Source of the DNA: Lytechinus pictus
Lineage: Eukaryota
NCBI RefSeq assembly: GCF_037042905.1
Contig: NC_087251.1
Coordinates: 14,572,001-14,636,000 of the forward strand
DNA length: 64,000 nt
Direction: 5' to 3'
Position 1 is the first letter of the stretch, and every line of letters starts with the position of its first letter. Below are positions 14,059 through 28,269 of the stretch, in pieces. A model generated the notes under the pieces. That model saw only the letters and a list, made by a program, of their open reading frames with translations. It was not told where the DNA came from and did not search any database. A program made the translations under genes and the position numbers.

Positions 14059-16086
14059 TTAATACTGGCGTCATTTGACACACATCGTTATTCATACATA
14101 TACACAATTCTTTGGTATTGGTAATGTTGCTAAATTCTGTCTGAACCCATTATATGGTCACTCCCACACATGAAATTTATGTTTTGTATTTACAGATTTT
14201 CCCTCAGAGCATCAAAATATTATGGAATACGTCGCGGCGATCAATCATTTAATCACCATTGTCAGAAAAATTCTTTGCGAGGGATTATTTATATTATATT
14301 ATTCCAACAAATTGAAGAAGATGGGTAAACAGTTAAGTTATATAACTTATATTGCATTTCAACTACTTAACTGTAATCATTAATGAACAAGGATCTTTAT
14401 TCACATAATTTCCATGTGGTTATGCGCACACTACTTAAGTTCATTTGAGTAATAAATTAACCGCCTTCTGTTACAAAATCCATCTTGATTATTACATATA
14501 TCACTTCCAAACCTTATCAAGACACCGCTAAACTCTGACGTTCATAAATATTATAGTAGCTATTATCTAGTGTTAGGTAAAGTGCTATCCATCACCACAA
14601 ATTGCCTCTAATCATGCAAATCCATTCATTACATAAATCGGTCAGAAAACTCTTTTTTTTTCCCCAAAAGCTGATAGTTGCATAAAATTGAAACGGATTA
14701 CTGATTCTTCGTATAATCCAAGTGGATATCAACACATAAAAAAGAATCCCATCTCGCTCATTCTGTTCCTTTTATCATACTTCATGATGGACTTATTTGA
14801 CCTACCGAAACGACAAAGAAGTATTTTATTATTACACTAATTTATAGAAGCGGAGTAGAACGAGTCGGGTGTACTGATCATCTTATCATCTTAATCGCAA
14901 TTCTCTCTACGTACTTGGCCTAACACAGAGGACAATATGTTTTTAATAAAAAGTGGCATTTATGACATAATGATGAACAATAAATAATTTTATATCATCC
15001 ATGAAAACAATGAAACAAAAACACTTCTTCTTATTATTATGTTTTATTTAGATCTTTATCAACTTTTCTTTTCCTCATCTGATATTAAAAAATTTTTACA
15101 GGTCATGTACTTTGTGAACATTTAACCCAACAAATTACCATTTTAGCATGATCAAAATTTAAGGTTGACAAGCTACTTTTTTTTTATTTCTTAGTTATGT
15201 GTCACTGTAATATTCTCGTTGTCCGTTCAATGACGGAATTACTAAAATCGGTTATCCAAGCAAATTTTGTATATATCACTGAAATTTTTTTTTAACGCTG
15301 TACGTAGTCTACACTGATAGAAATTATTATGATTCAGCGTGTCTTTACTATTGTTTACGCAGGCAAACATAAAACTTCTTAGTTCGGCCATTTTTAACAC
15401 GATCTATATATTCATGCTGTATTTGTTTAATTTGAGTATTCAAGGGATTCGATATTAAACACAATCGATCAGAAAGTGGCTTTCAAATTAGACAGTGACC
15501 TGGAAAACATTTTGATGCCTCCTGATGTTGTGTTGCATTATTAAATGGTCCAAAATTAGGTCTTCCTTATTTAAAGATATCAAATTCTCTTATCATAAAA
15601 CTCTCTACATATATTTTGTTATTAAAAATGACGTCATACGAATCTTGGAACCGTAGCTTCCTCCATGAAAATAAATTGTCAACTTGTTTGTCACGTAATA
15701 CGAAGACCGGCTAATAAAAGCCATTTCTCACACAAGTTGTTGTCCCGAATAGAAAACAAGAATGAGAAATAGGTAACAATATCATAAACAGTGTGTGATA
15801 AACATATCTGTGTCGTCGTCATGAATTGTCATGAAGTATTGTAATGTGGAATCTGTTTCAAGAATCGATCACGCATTTTCCCGTTTCAATACACTGCATA
15901 CGTTGTAATTAACAGATTCCATCAGTTATCTTTAAGGTGTACCAGAGACTTTCATGTCGAACAATCTTCAGTTAAAATATAATTAATTTTAAAGAGTCAA
16001 ATTGTCTATACTAGGCCATTTTTAGCACATCTTAAGACTACTTTAATTCTGCCAGTGGGAGTAGGACCCCCCCCCCCCCAAAAAAA

Positions 16087-16503
16087 AGGGGGGAATTAAC
16101 TAGCCGCCCTTTCACACGGTAAAAAAAATCATAATTTCAATGATGATTCCAGTGAAAAAAACGGCTAATGACCAATATTTAGCACGTGTGAAACCAAACT
16201 AGAACATGATTAGAATCACGAATGCTAATCACAGTCATGATAACAATAGCAATCATCATTACAATGATGATTTAAGATTTACGTGTGAAAAGGCCCTAAA
16301 ATGAATCATTCTTCCATGGAAAACGTCAATCCGCCATTTCACACGGTAAAAAAAAATCGTAATTTGAATGATGATTCCAGTGAAAAATAATGCTGATGAC
16401 GAAATTTTAGCACGTGTGAAACCAAACTAGAACCTGATTAGAATCACGAACGCATGCAATCATTGTTACAATGATGATTCAAGATTCACGTGTGAAAAGG
16501 CCC
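16087..16503. mobile_element. Two tandem PIF/Harbinger-like MITE units
   Basis: gccctttcacacg...cgtgtgaaaaggcc units at about 16087-16297 and 16333-16503 with near-identical bodies. Confidence 0.75.
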
Positions 16504-17567
16504 ATAATTTACATGAATTATATAAACATCTCACATGAATTATAACATCTCAATCACTACAACTGTGCATATATATAGGCTCACACCAGTTAAATACGTT
16601 AAACATCTTGATGAAAGTGAAACGTGGTTTCGATGAGTGAATAAAATATTAGATACATGTACTAGTAATTTATACAATATATCGACAATTATATAGTCTA
16701 GCTTGAGATGAAAATGACTACGGAAACATTTTTTAACTACTAAACTATATCTTGCTTCAATTGTTAAAGATTTAGCGTAGATAGTAACGTTCAAGTTTCG
16801 GCCCCAGACGTAAATGATCATATATGATTAATGCACCACTCTAAAAACTGGATTACACACATACCCACACCCACACGCTCATGTATCGTCACCAATTTAT
16901 AATCAATCGTAACACGCATTAAACTTAAACATTTGAAAATTTTAATCCAGAATTAAAAGTTCCATTTGAATCACATCCTCAATTTGTGTCATCGTGATTG
17001 AAATTACACTGTGAAACCAACATCAGTTTGGTTAAACACATTACGACAAGCCACAATGTTGACGTGCCCAAGTGAGAAATAGCATTCACACCAAAAAACG
17101 AACTGTGATCCAAACATATACTGCAGTTCATAAAGTTCTGAGAGTGATGTGACAAAATGATTTAAGCAAAACCTTCACATTAATATTTCTTGAACTGATT
17201 GTTTTTTTAAGTTTGTATGAAGCTTTACTGACGTGAACGATGGGTTTATCAATTCTTATTCAGTCTACATCAAATTATTCTTTATTCTCTTCTATACAGG
17301 TGAATTCGATTCACGTTTTTCTCTGAAGGGGGAATTGAGATACATGTCACAAACATGAGGTAATGTGACAGTGGAGAGATTATTCCAACACATTAAAAAA
17401 AGACAAATTATAAACAGCCGACAGGGAAAGAAGGCTCCTTACTTTTCCATGTGTACAATCCCCTTTAAAAGCCCCCAACAAAATTATAGCTTTTCTTTTC
17501 CTTTATTATATCTTCTCTACCTAATGTTCCTTCTAAAAAAAACATTTATGGATGCCTTGATACTTAA

Positions 17568-18685
17568 AGGAGAATGAAACCCAAAATTTAATACCACATA
17601 GTATCATTGATAAGTACATGATCATCAAAATGAATCCACTTATACCCAAATCCGATTTCCCAGTATGGAGTACCACCTCTTCAAAGTTGAGCTTCTTCAG
17701 GTTCGTAGTCTCTGAATGGAGATCGCCATTGTTGCGAGGTTCGTTCAAAATTGTGACGTCAGCGACGAACAACTGCTCTCGGTAGTACTTCCATGTGCAG
17801 TTATACACGGGCTGAAACCACCCTAAAGTTTGCATAATATAAATACTTTTTTTACCAGAAATAAATAAAATATACACATAAAACACTTAAAAATATTATT
17901 AAAAAGCTATTAAAATTATTTCATGGTTTAAAAACACAAATTGATGAGTTTTGGTGAAAATGTTTACACATTTATTTACGATATCCAAATTGGCAAATTT
18001 GACAAAGCTAAATTTGTACGGACGGACGGCCCCTGAACCGAGTGATCGTGTATGTTGGAAGTTTGGTTGTCTATCCCGTTTGAATATCGTGAGATTGTTG
18101 ATTGTGCTGTATTTCAATATATATATCTAACGTTGTTTATTATTTGTTGCCGTCGATTTTAAGTAAAACAAAACTTATCGCGGACGTTTGTATTGAAAAA
18201 TAGAACTGAGAAAGCCCAAGAGCCTACGACTTCGAGCCCCAATACTCGGCCGAAGAAATCGGTGAAATGCTCGCTACAAACAACATCATTCCTCGTGAAT
18301 TTAGAGGAAGGCTTGTTGTATTTCTCCACCTTTAGTGCAGCCACCCATAGAGATTTCTGGCTTCTTCTGCGGATCGGGAATTCGATAAAAGCTGCATTTT
18401 GTGCCCTTTTCTGACCGATTTTACGCTAGTAATTACAGGCGCGCGCAGGGGTCGGACACCGAGTTGTCCGTCGCTGACGTCACAACCCCCCCCCCCCCAC
18501 GGAGATATGGGGAGTATGAGCAAAATGGCGACCTCCACGGGTCTTTCGAATATCAAAATATTGATAACTTTGACTTGGTATATCATGGGAAATAGGAAAC
18601 CGTTCTGCCTCATTTTAATTTTATTCTAATCAGTGAAATGTAATCGGCTTATGACCAGATAATAAATATATCCTTTCATTATCCT
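17568..18685 (-). mobile_element. Kolobok-like non-autonomous DNA transposon carrying a degenerate THAP domain
   Basis: TTAA at 17564-67 and 18686-89. TIR AGGAGAATGAAA / AGGATAATGAAA (rc). Minus strand about 18255-18450 reads CSFYRIPDPQKKPE [frameshift] WVAALKVEKYNKPSSKFTRNDVVCSEHFTD. Confidence 0.75.
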
Positions 18686-18953
18686 TTAAACTTACTCTCT
18701 TTTTTTTTCTTTAATTCTCGATTTGTTCCCCTTCTTTACTCTCAATTTTAGAATGTGAAATTATCTTTCTATGTTGTGACCATGCTGCAAATCACTGCAA
18801 CTTTTGTACGATCTTTCCAAACTTTTTTATTCCAATTGTTTTGGCTTTGCTTGTTGTTTTTCATTTTCCTATTACTTTTTCACACAATTTGCTTTCAAAT
18901 TGGAAGAATAATTTCCCTCAATGTTTAAGCAGAGTTCTTACAGACTATACATA

Positions 18954-19117
18954 CACTCTTAAAAATGTTGGGCAACATACTGTCCAAACAACAATTGGTT
19001 AAAACCTTTTCCAATTCTGGGTAGTTTTAAACCAATAATGTGAAAACTACCCAGAGTTGAATAGATTATTTAACCAACTATTGTGTGGACAGTATGTTGC
19101 CCAGCATTTCAAGAGTG
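18954..19117. mobile_element. Palindromic MITE with TA TSD
   Basis: TA|CACTCTTAAAAATGTTGGGCAACATACTGTCCA ... TGGACAGTATGTTGCCCAGCATTTCAAGAGTG|TA. Confidence 0.8.
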
Positions 19118-19737
19118 TATATATATATATATATTTATATATATTTATATATGTTTATACATATACATTCATGAAGCATGATGCAAGTAGTTTGGCCTTG
19201 AAGCTTTATGGTGTTAAGAGTCGGTAAAAAGTGATTCTTTCCAGCTCATTCGACAGCGTATAAAGCTACGATTACTGAGATGACCGTCATGAATAGCGCG
19301 CGAGGAAAAACATGCACCCATTTTCATCAAATACCTATTCATGCTGTTCCCAGAGTATATACGAGCGGCATCGCAAGACAATATGATAAAAGGGAGTCAT
19401 ACACTTTTATGATTATGAATATGCTCGCCATTTTAAACATATTCATATTCCATGAATTTCAATCGAGATAATTTTTCAAACTATACCAATATAAGGGTAG
19501 AGTATCCTCAATTTGCAGGAACATTCCTAAAATTAAATCTAATGAAAATAAAATGATCGGAGAAATACACTGTGAAAAAAATATTGGATAATTTTATTTT
19601 ACCATCACCAGATTTATTATGTGTCTAAGCAATTTGGGGCAGTATTTTACCCAATGCGGGAAGCGTATATTGTCCAGTAAGGTTAAAAAAATAAGCAGCA
19701 ATTACTTTAGAATGGGCAAAATTTTTATCACACTGGA

Positions 19738-20091
19738 CAGTGGCGTACCTAGGATTTTCCACAGGGGGGGCAAAACCGTCCGCCAAAAAAATTGACAAGC
19801 AAAAAAAAAAAAAAAAAAAAAAAAAGGTCTTCGATCACAAATAAAGGATTCCGTACCAGAAAAAAATTGACAAGCAAAAAAAAAAATAAATAAATAAATA
19901 AGTTTTAAAAAAAAAGTCTTCAAGCTCGTCAGGGGGGCAATAAAGGTCTTCAAGCTCGTCAGGGGGGTCAAAAAGGTTTTTTCAAGCCCGTCAGGTGGGG
20001 CAAAGATACGTCTTTTGCATTGGTTGTGACTCGTCAGGGGGGGGCAGAGTGCCCCCCCCCCCTGCCCCCCCCCCCCGTAGGTACGCTAGTG
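19738..20091. mobile_element. hAT-like MITE
   Basis: 8-bp TSD ACACTGGA (19730-37, 20092-99). TIR CAGTGGCGTACCTA / TAGGTACGCTAGTG. Internal tandem ctcgtcaggggg motifs. Confidence 0.85.
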
Positions 20092-23000
20092 ACACTGGAT
20101 GAATAAAAACTCCCAAAAGAAATGCCCTATGTTGGTTGATGATGATGATGCACAGCATTTGTATAGCGCCATGTATCTTTCAAAGACATTCAAAGGCGCA
20201 TTTTTTTTTGGAGGAGTCAGCCAATCTGGACACATAATTACCCTCATGGAGCATTTTTACTCAGTATTTTTTTAGAATGTAGGGAAAAGGGAGAAAATAA
20301 AACGATTTATTAATGTTTTCCTTAACCTCAACATGGATACTTACTTGCTGAGGTAATACAAGGTAGGATACAATTCATAAATCTCATTGCGAATACTTCA
20401 AGTTTTTCCCCTTCTCGCCTGACTCGTCTAAAAGACCTTTTTTTACTTCCCTTGCCTACAGTACTTCTACAATGTTTTCTGAATATGAAGCTGATTCTAC
20501 TAAGTTCTAGATCGATTTGGCATTGGTGAAAGACATCACGTTTTCGTAATTTCACAAATTGCTGTAGAAGGACACTTTTTCATTTCTAGTTTTCATTTGT
20601 AAAAGTTATAAAATATTATCGATGGCAATGAATCGTTTTAATTGGTGTTAAAGATGATGTGGTCTCTAGTTCAATAAGTGTAGCAAAGTCGTTCAAGCAA
20701 TCCTCGTTCTGTAAATTATTGGAAGCAATTTTTTGTTCTATTTGTCTTCTTTTACATGAGTACGTTTTTGAGACGGGACTTTGCCCTCACGAATGCACAT
20801 ACAAGGCGTCCGTTTAGGTTTGTATTTTTAAACCAATTTTTTTTTTTACTGCAAAAAGTAATATTCTGTCGCCAAAGGCAAGAAATGTTCCTTTTTAGCC
20901 TTGGTTGAGATTGTACAATACATTTCATTCCGATGTTACCTTGAGAAACACTAGGCTGAATTAGAGCATTTACCGGTGCTTCTCGCTTCGTAATGCGATA
21001 AAGCAACTCAATAATTCGACGGCCATTCTTCAGATTAGAAAATCATCGGATATACAATCCAGACCTTTATTCCATTAGCATAGTTTTCTTCCAATCAACT
21101 ATTTTAATACTAGTTCAGGATATGGACTATTACCTTCACAGAAACCTTGTAATTTGTTCGTCAACCAGCTCTTGAAAGTAATCTAGTAAACTAGTACATT
21201 ACAATATAAAATGATCCAGTCTTCTGTAATGACCTTGATCAAAAATTGGATTTACTACTTCGTCACAAGCCAAGATTTATATCAACTTTTCGATATTTTT
21301 TAGATTTAAACGGGATAACATAAAAACAAATAAAGCAAACCGCTGTCTGGTTTCCAAATACTATCATGCCAATATTTTTTTCATGTATCACAAGCAAGTA
21401 TGATAATAACAAAATTTAATGTGGTTGCATAACACCATTGATTTCATGGCACCTTGTTCAGCATTCTGTCACTCAACGTTGGATCGCGAAAACCATTTTG
21501 GAATCATGTACCCGCCTTGAAAAGCCGCATAATAGCAAATCCTATGGCAAGACTTTTGTTCAGGTAAAAAGCTTCCACCTCTCACTTTCAGGGAGGTTTA
21601 TAGTCTGCTGGACAAACCCTTCACTCGGGTTACGGGTCTGAATTTGCAGCCTACTCATGCATTGTGTACTGAAACAGCAAATTTTGTATGTGCTAGTCTT
21701 TGCGTGGAGACGCACTTGTTCATCAAAGTTTCAATCAGGGTCTGTGCCTGCAGACTAGGAGGCTTAGGAAGTGACAGTGCTCCTAAGTTGATTTAAAAAT
21801 CCATTACACTTCATCAATGGGACAAACCCTCTTGACCTCATATGCGCACAAGGGCATCATTAATGACGTTGTACTCAATAAATAAGACAAAGGATATGAT
21901 TAATTTGGCTTGAGGTCGACTGTCCAATAGAAGTAATTATTGAGTATTTGGACAAAACGTTTTCCAGAAGTGAACAATTTGATTAATAAAGCAGTGACCT
22001 GCATTGTATGGTAGCCTTTATAATCTCCCCGATATTCGACTCGGTGGCGATGAATAAGTAAAATAAGAACAAGATAAAGACTATCTATATTTTCCTTGTA
22101 CTTTTTCAAAAAAATTGTATTAGGTTAGGGTCTATGTTTAAGAAATACCGCCACAAAGGGGAATGAATATTTACTAATTCCTAAAATTGATGAACGTAGC
22201 GAAATTATTGGACAAACATAAAGAAGCTTAAAGCATATCTACATCTACCTTTATGATTACTTGTTTATGGATTGGTTTACTCCACAAATTAGAGTGAATA
22301 TTTACAAATTTGTAGCTCGGACGTGAAGAAGAACAGCTTTAGGCATATATATCTGCCTTCAAACTATTTGTTTATGGATTACTTTCTATCGGTGTGAGTA
22401 CATGAAATCTGTCAATGTTTTACATATTCAGGCGTGACTCCAATCATATGTTGGCTTAATACAGCGTTTCAATAATTTTGCCCCACCGGCGACACTTTAA
22501 AATTGCAATTTGAGCGGTGGATCGATAATGCCTAGGCTTACAAATTGTTTTGTTATCAGTTTCTCTCTTTGCAATTTGATATGACTATCTTGCTGTCATC
22601 GAAAGACGGTCAAATAACGACAGTTTTTGTTTATTCTGATAAAACCGTTTTGTAGACTTTTTTTAATCTGACAGTGTCTGAGCTGAACAGCGCTTCGATG
22701 TTGACAAAATGACTGAGTAACCAAAATATTCGGTGATATCCGGTATATACACCCTTAAACGAGAATATCAAAATCATTTTTAAGAATATTACGTAAAATT
22801 TATCGAGCATTGTTTTAAGAGAAACAAAAATGTTTCCCCTCTTCGCATTCCACAATGTGACTGAGACATAAAATTCGTTACAATGTGACAGTGACTAGCT
22901 TTGTTTTTATTCTATCCATAAATCTCATTACGATCAGTATCTCTATTATGATGATCAAAACATATCATGTGCTTTTATCTATCTCAACATCATTACACAT

Positions 23001-24792
23001 TGCAGACATCAATACAACTTCCGCAATATACCTATAATCATTTTACATCGAACTAAAAGCGTGCCTCGTTCTCTCCATCCGCGATGGGAATTGTGCAGGT
23101 ATGCGGATATTAAAAGCTTTAAATATCATCCCATACACAACTATGTTACTTGTTGAAAATGGTACACCTTTCCAGGGTATACGGACAAGCCAGCTATATT
23201 CAATAACATCACATTTGATTGATGAGCAGAAGGGCATATCCAAGGAATTTAATGCTCAGAGGATAAAAAAAAACATGATTTACGAAAAAGGTGTGTTACT
23301 AACAAAGAAATTTCTTAGCTATTCGGAGGGGGTGCAAATAATTATAATCATTTTCAAATTAAAAAAAATATATTTTTTTTACAAATTATTGAGATGGCAG
23401 TCATATTATATTTTTTTGTCTGAAATCTTGATCCAGATTAAGTTCAGGTTATCCATGAGATCCTGTTTATATTTGTCTAAGTTTTTTTCACGCATATTAT
23501 TATGTTTATTATCATTACTATTGTTATTATTATTCTCATTATTATCATTATTATTATCATCATTATAATTATTGTTATTATTATTAAACAGGGTGACTGG
23601 GATTTACCCCAGCACCATATGATATAGTATAGAATGAAAAGGGAAAGATTATAGATTATATTAATACGCGGAAATAGGGTCACCTCCTGGTCTGCATGCC
23701 CCCCCCCCCTCATCAAAGAATCCTGGCGCTGTACTGGAAATACAGACGAATGTAATCTACCTATATAATGTAAAGACATTTCTTCCTGCATTATTTTTTT
23801 CAAATTCATCGATACTCGTCATATCTATCTCGTCTTAAGTTTTAATTTACAGATACATTTTTCTACGTTGACGATGGTAAAAATGCATGCTGTGCATTTG
23901 TCGATTGCCATAACAGCACAGAGAAAGAAATGTAATGTCTTCGGTTGATCATTATCTTTAAACCACTGTTGTATGTAACAAGCAAACTCAGTCATGCACC
24001 TAACCATCATGCCTAAAACCAATAAGACATGTTTAACGGATAACGATTCACCAACAGTTGATTTTTTTGTGTAAACCAGTCGGTATTCTGGGATGTGTGA
24101 GTTGTGCGTGAAATGTATGTGGGTGTGCGCCATTCTGTGTGTACCTGTCACTCCGACGCGTTTGTGGCTTAGACTTAAGAGCACGCTTCTTTCCATCTAC
24201 CGTTCGTGTTGCACTATCATTTTTCCTTGTATTTTTTTCGATGTACTTGCAATCAACCTTTCACCTACGAGAAATACTTAGAAGTAGATTTCAAATGGGC
24301 TTCATTTACTTCCAGGGTTAACATTCTCCTCCGACATCAGGTGCTCAGACTGTATGCGAAAGTTTGAAGTCGACACCATTTACCTCTTCTCGTCTTCTTA
24401 TCACTGGAAACAAAATAATTTCACTCGTATTTTCAACTGCTTTGAGGAGTCCGTTGGCGCGTACGATAGATGACTACCTCCTGAAATTCTTCAATTGATT
24501 TTTTCTTCTTTTAAAGGTATGTGAATGTTGTATAGTATGCATTTCACGTCAAAAAAATCACACAATTAAGCATTTCTGCCGCTGTTTCGATTGCCTTGAA
24601 AGAAACGACAATACGTTTCGTTAAAGTGCGTTTGAACAAATGGATTAACGTTTAATCATGACAAGGAGGGAGATGAAATAGAGTAAATAATGTGGTATGA
24701 TCCCCCATCCTCATTTATCTGTAGTCAGGGATTATATTCCTAATACACTAATCTTTGTAAGCTCTTTACTATACCTGTCCAAAAAGAATTGC

Positions 24793-24833
<41 letters not shown>

Positions 24834-25578
24834 CAGTTCTATTGTGCGTGTGGGTGTGGTGATTGTGTAAGGATGCGGAGTTATGTTGGTTTATATACGA
24901 GGTTATGAAGTTGGGACTTTATGAAATGGGGGGGGGGGGGGGCTTTAGTACGGTTAAGAACTAGATGGCCCTTTGCAAATGGGGATGCTTGTGAACTGGA
25001 ATTTAACCTGAAATGTGGGTCTTGGTAACTGGCGCCTGAAATAAGGGGCTTAGGAATAGGAGAAAACGTGTTGGTCAATGAGAAAGGGTGAAAATATAAG
25101 CTTGGGAACAACTGGAAAGGCGTGAAAAGGGGGCCTCAAGGTCCACACATACCCATACTGCCATTGTGAGAGCCACTTAACCTGGCTAGCACTATATCTG
25201 TTCAATAGTTAGGAACGTTTTTATTTCATCTCAAGAACGGATTTTGAAATAAATTAGATAAATAAATAAATGAAAGTGCGCACTCGTTTCTTGGAAGGTA
25301 TCGTTAAACTTCACAATGTGAGAGGGTTTGTGACTGTATATAGAAAATTAGATCTATGATTCAAAGTACATTTTTTTTTCAGCTGAATTAAGGGTAAATA
25401 CCGAATATACAAATTTGAATTCGTACATGGTTCGATTCTACAGATATATGAAACTTGACATGTCATGAGAGTAGAATATCGAATCATTATTGTCGGAGGA
25501 AATTAAACTTTACAGTAATTATTTTTAGTGACAAAAATAAGTTCATTAGGTGTATATATAATTTATATGATTATTATT

Positions 25579-25825
25579 AATTATAATTGGTATGGTGTCG
25601 AAAATCTGTTTATCTGACGGTCAATCGGATCGGGGTCGCCCTAGGCTCTAACCCATCTCTGTGGTCTAGCGGTTAGGCAACGTTCAAAGTTGGGGCCCGG
25701 GTTCGATTCCCGGCAGAGGCATTTTTTGGCATCAACAAATTTTCCAAAAGGGTAGATAGCTCTGGGGAACCTTGATTTAAGCTACGCCTACCATTGTCCT
25801 CTTTATTAATTTCTTCTACAATACA
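25579..25825 (+). mobile_element. Diverged dispersed copy of the tRNA-containing repeat (tRNA-like part 25655-25721)
   Basis: Aligns by eye with 61510-61760. Flanked by TA-rich microsatellite on both sides. Confidence 0.85.
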
Positions 25826-28269
25826 CACACACATTATACTGTATGTATATATATTATATATATATCGTGTCAATGATTCGAGTGAAAACGTAAACATTTT
25901 ACTTCCTATTGTCTGAGGTTTCATGCTTAACATTGATCGACTTTTATCGCATTCATTTTTGTTTTTATCAAGGTGGGCGTAGATGAGGTGTGAATATCGT
26001 GAAATACCCAAGTCATCACCTGAAAGCTATTAATCTCAGACATGATCCTTACATGAGTAAGGTATCCATGTATATTATACCCAGACGTACGTGATAACAT
26101 CATGCTTTGAAGGCTATCATAAGACAAATTATATATGGAAGACAAAGGTAGGACAAAAATAGAACAGGAGATGGGGAGAGAGAGGATGGAGGAAGGTAGA
26201 TTATTAGAACTGAAACTACAAAAAGAGAGTGGGGAGAGAGAACGAGAAAGAACTGAAGGTGAAAGAAAGCTGGAAGAGCGGAAGAGTGCTGAGTTTCAAT
26301 AAAAACAATAAGTTTTAGATCGCAAATCTTATTTAAAAATGATGATGTAACCATCATGAATAAGAATAGTCATCACTGCCGCGTTCTATCGTCGTAAAAT
26401 CCTGTCGGCAAAGGCTTTTAGTTGGAAGGATGCCATTAAACACGCTTTCCAAACTTAACTTGTAATTAGGCAATATTGCACAATACCAAAGTCGCTTTGG
26501 AAGGATTTCCATTTTACCAAGATGAATTATGACGTCAAAGGAAATTTGATATGCAGTAAACCCAATGGATGTAGCACAGCGACCTCCGAATCTTGACACT
26601 TTTTATTCATTGTAATTTTAGTTGAATCCACCATCAAGTTTGAATAGTGTAATATATGGAAAATGAGATAACTGAATCACGGATCGTTTTCTTAGATAAT
26701 AGATTATCATAGAGAGGAATGTGTATTTGTATTACATCATCATTTACATTTATCCAGAGCACAACACAATATTCAATGCACCGTGTCAACAACAAAGCGA
26801 ATAGCTAGATAAAGCAAGGTACTCGGAAACCTTTACACGGAAGAACTTTCTAGCCTGAAGACATTATTTGACGGATGAGTAGATATTTAGTTGTAAATAC
26901 GCCGCTGCCTCTTATCGACAGTTGGTTCCCAGCAACCAGTGGGCATCGAAGAAATCGAAGACCTCTACCAGAATCTTGAGGTCATTGTTCAGGAGAGCAA
27001 TCAATGATAAGTAACACAAACATATAGAAAACATATTGAAAAGTAAACATAACAGGAAAATATATAATCGCTAGAAAGAGCACGGAAATAATGTTAAACG
27101 TAAGGGCTTAGTAATACGTTTTCCTTTCATATCCTGAGGTAATTGTAACTAATGGATCCTTAAAATATGGCCCTGCCTATACCGTGTGAGATAAAGGTCA
27201 TATGTGAACAGAGCCAAGCTTCGGATCAGGTGAAAAATGAGAAGATGATGATGATGGAAACTTCAGGATCATTTTACAATGCAAAGGCATCAATAAAAAC
27301 AATGAATTTGCTCAAAAGGTGTTTTTTTATTTTTAGCCCGATTCCAATCGATTATTCTATTACAGCCATATTATGTTGAATTTATATACTCATTTCCATC
27401 TTACTCTTATTAGGCTGCGGTTTTTTTTTCATCAAACAAAAGACAACCTCTATAGAAGCCAGTGATATGATTACGTCTGACATTTATGACTCTGATTCAT
27501 TATCTGCTTTTAAAAATCAAGTTTTAATAGTAGTTTGCAATTGGAAACATCAATCACAATTCGAAACGCCATGCACAATTACTTTTAAAAGATATTTAAT
27601 TGACGTATTTACATACTATTCGAGGGACGAATGCAATGCAGTAGTGTGACAAGGAAAACACATCGCATAACCCCCACATATACCCCTCCCCTACTGATTT
27701 GTTTTCTCCTTCGAATACAAAATGAATATCATTAATCTTGCTGCAACATAAAATGCGTTACCCATGACAATTGGCCTCTCTCTCTTGTATGTCTTGTATG
27801 CTGAGCGTTCCAATTGCCTTTTGTGGTCATAACGCTTGTCATATCTATTAGTGATTGCATTACATAAATTACAATTTGCTTAGGCAACTGAGGTCATTTT
27901 CCTACCAGCAAAAAAAAAATCTAAGGTTTATTGTATCATTTTGCTATGTATACGTGTAGCTTATTAAAAAAAATATCCCAAATTATTCCTAACTTCGATA
28001 TTTTTTTGTACTGAATATTTGAAGAGCCTCATCAGGACTTGTCTTAAAACTTTCATTATGTCATGCTTTGTATAACTTCAGACCAGATGATATTATTAAT
28101 ATCATCATTCCATTATATCTCCCAACTTGCACAATTAATATCTTTCTCTCCTTCTCTCTATCTCTATGTTTATATCTCTCTCTTTATTCCCTCCCATTAT
28201 CTTTAACCCCCCCCCCCTCTTCCTCCTCTATCCAATTCTCCAACTTGTCTGCATTTGGTTTCTTTTTTA

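Noticed and set aside
20328..21690. Possible very old LINE or transposase remnant on the minus strand
   Set aside because: Only vague motif resemblance with many stops, so it cannot be assigned.
24080..24517. Possible 5' non-coding exon of GPA2 ending AAG|GTATGT
   Set aside because: A donor-like site alone, 21 kb from the acceptor, is not sufficient evidence.
26922..27007. Possible short exon GSQQPVGIEEIEDLYQNLEVIVQESNQ*
   Set aside because: Weak acceptor, no partner exons and no recognised homology.
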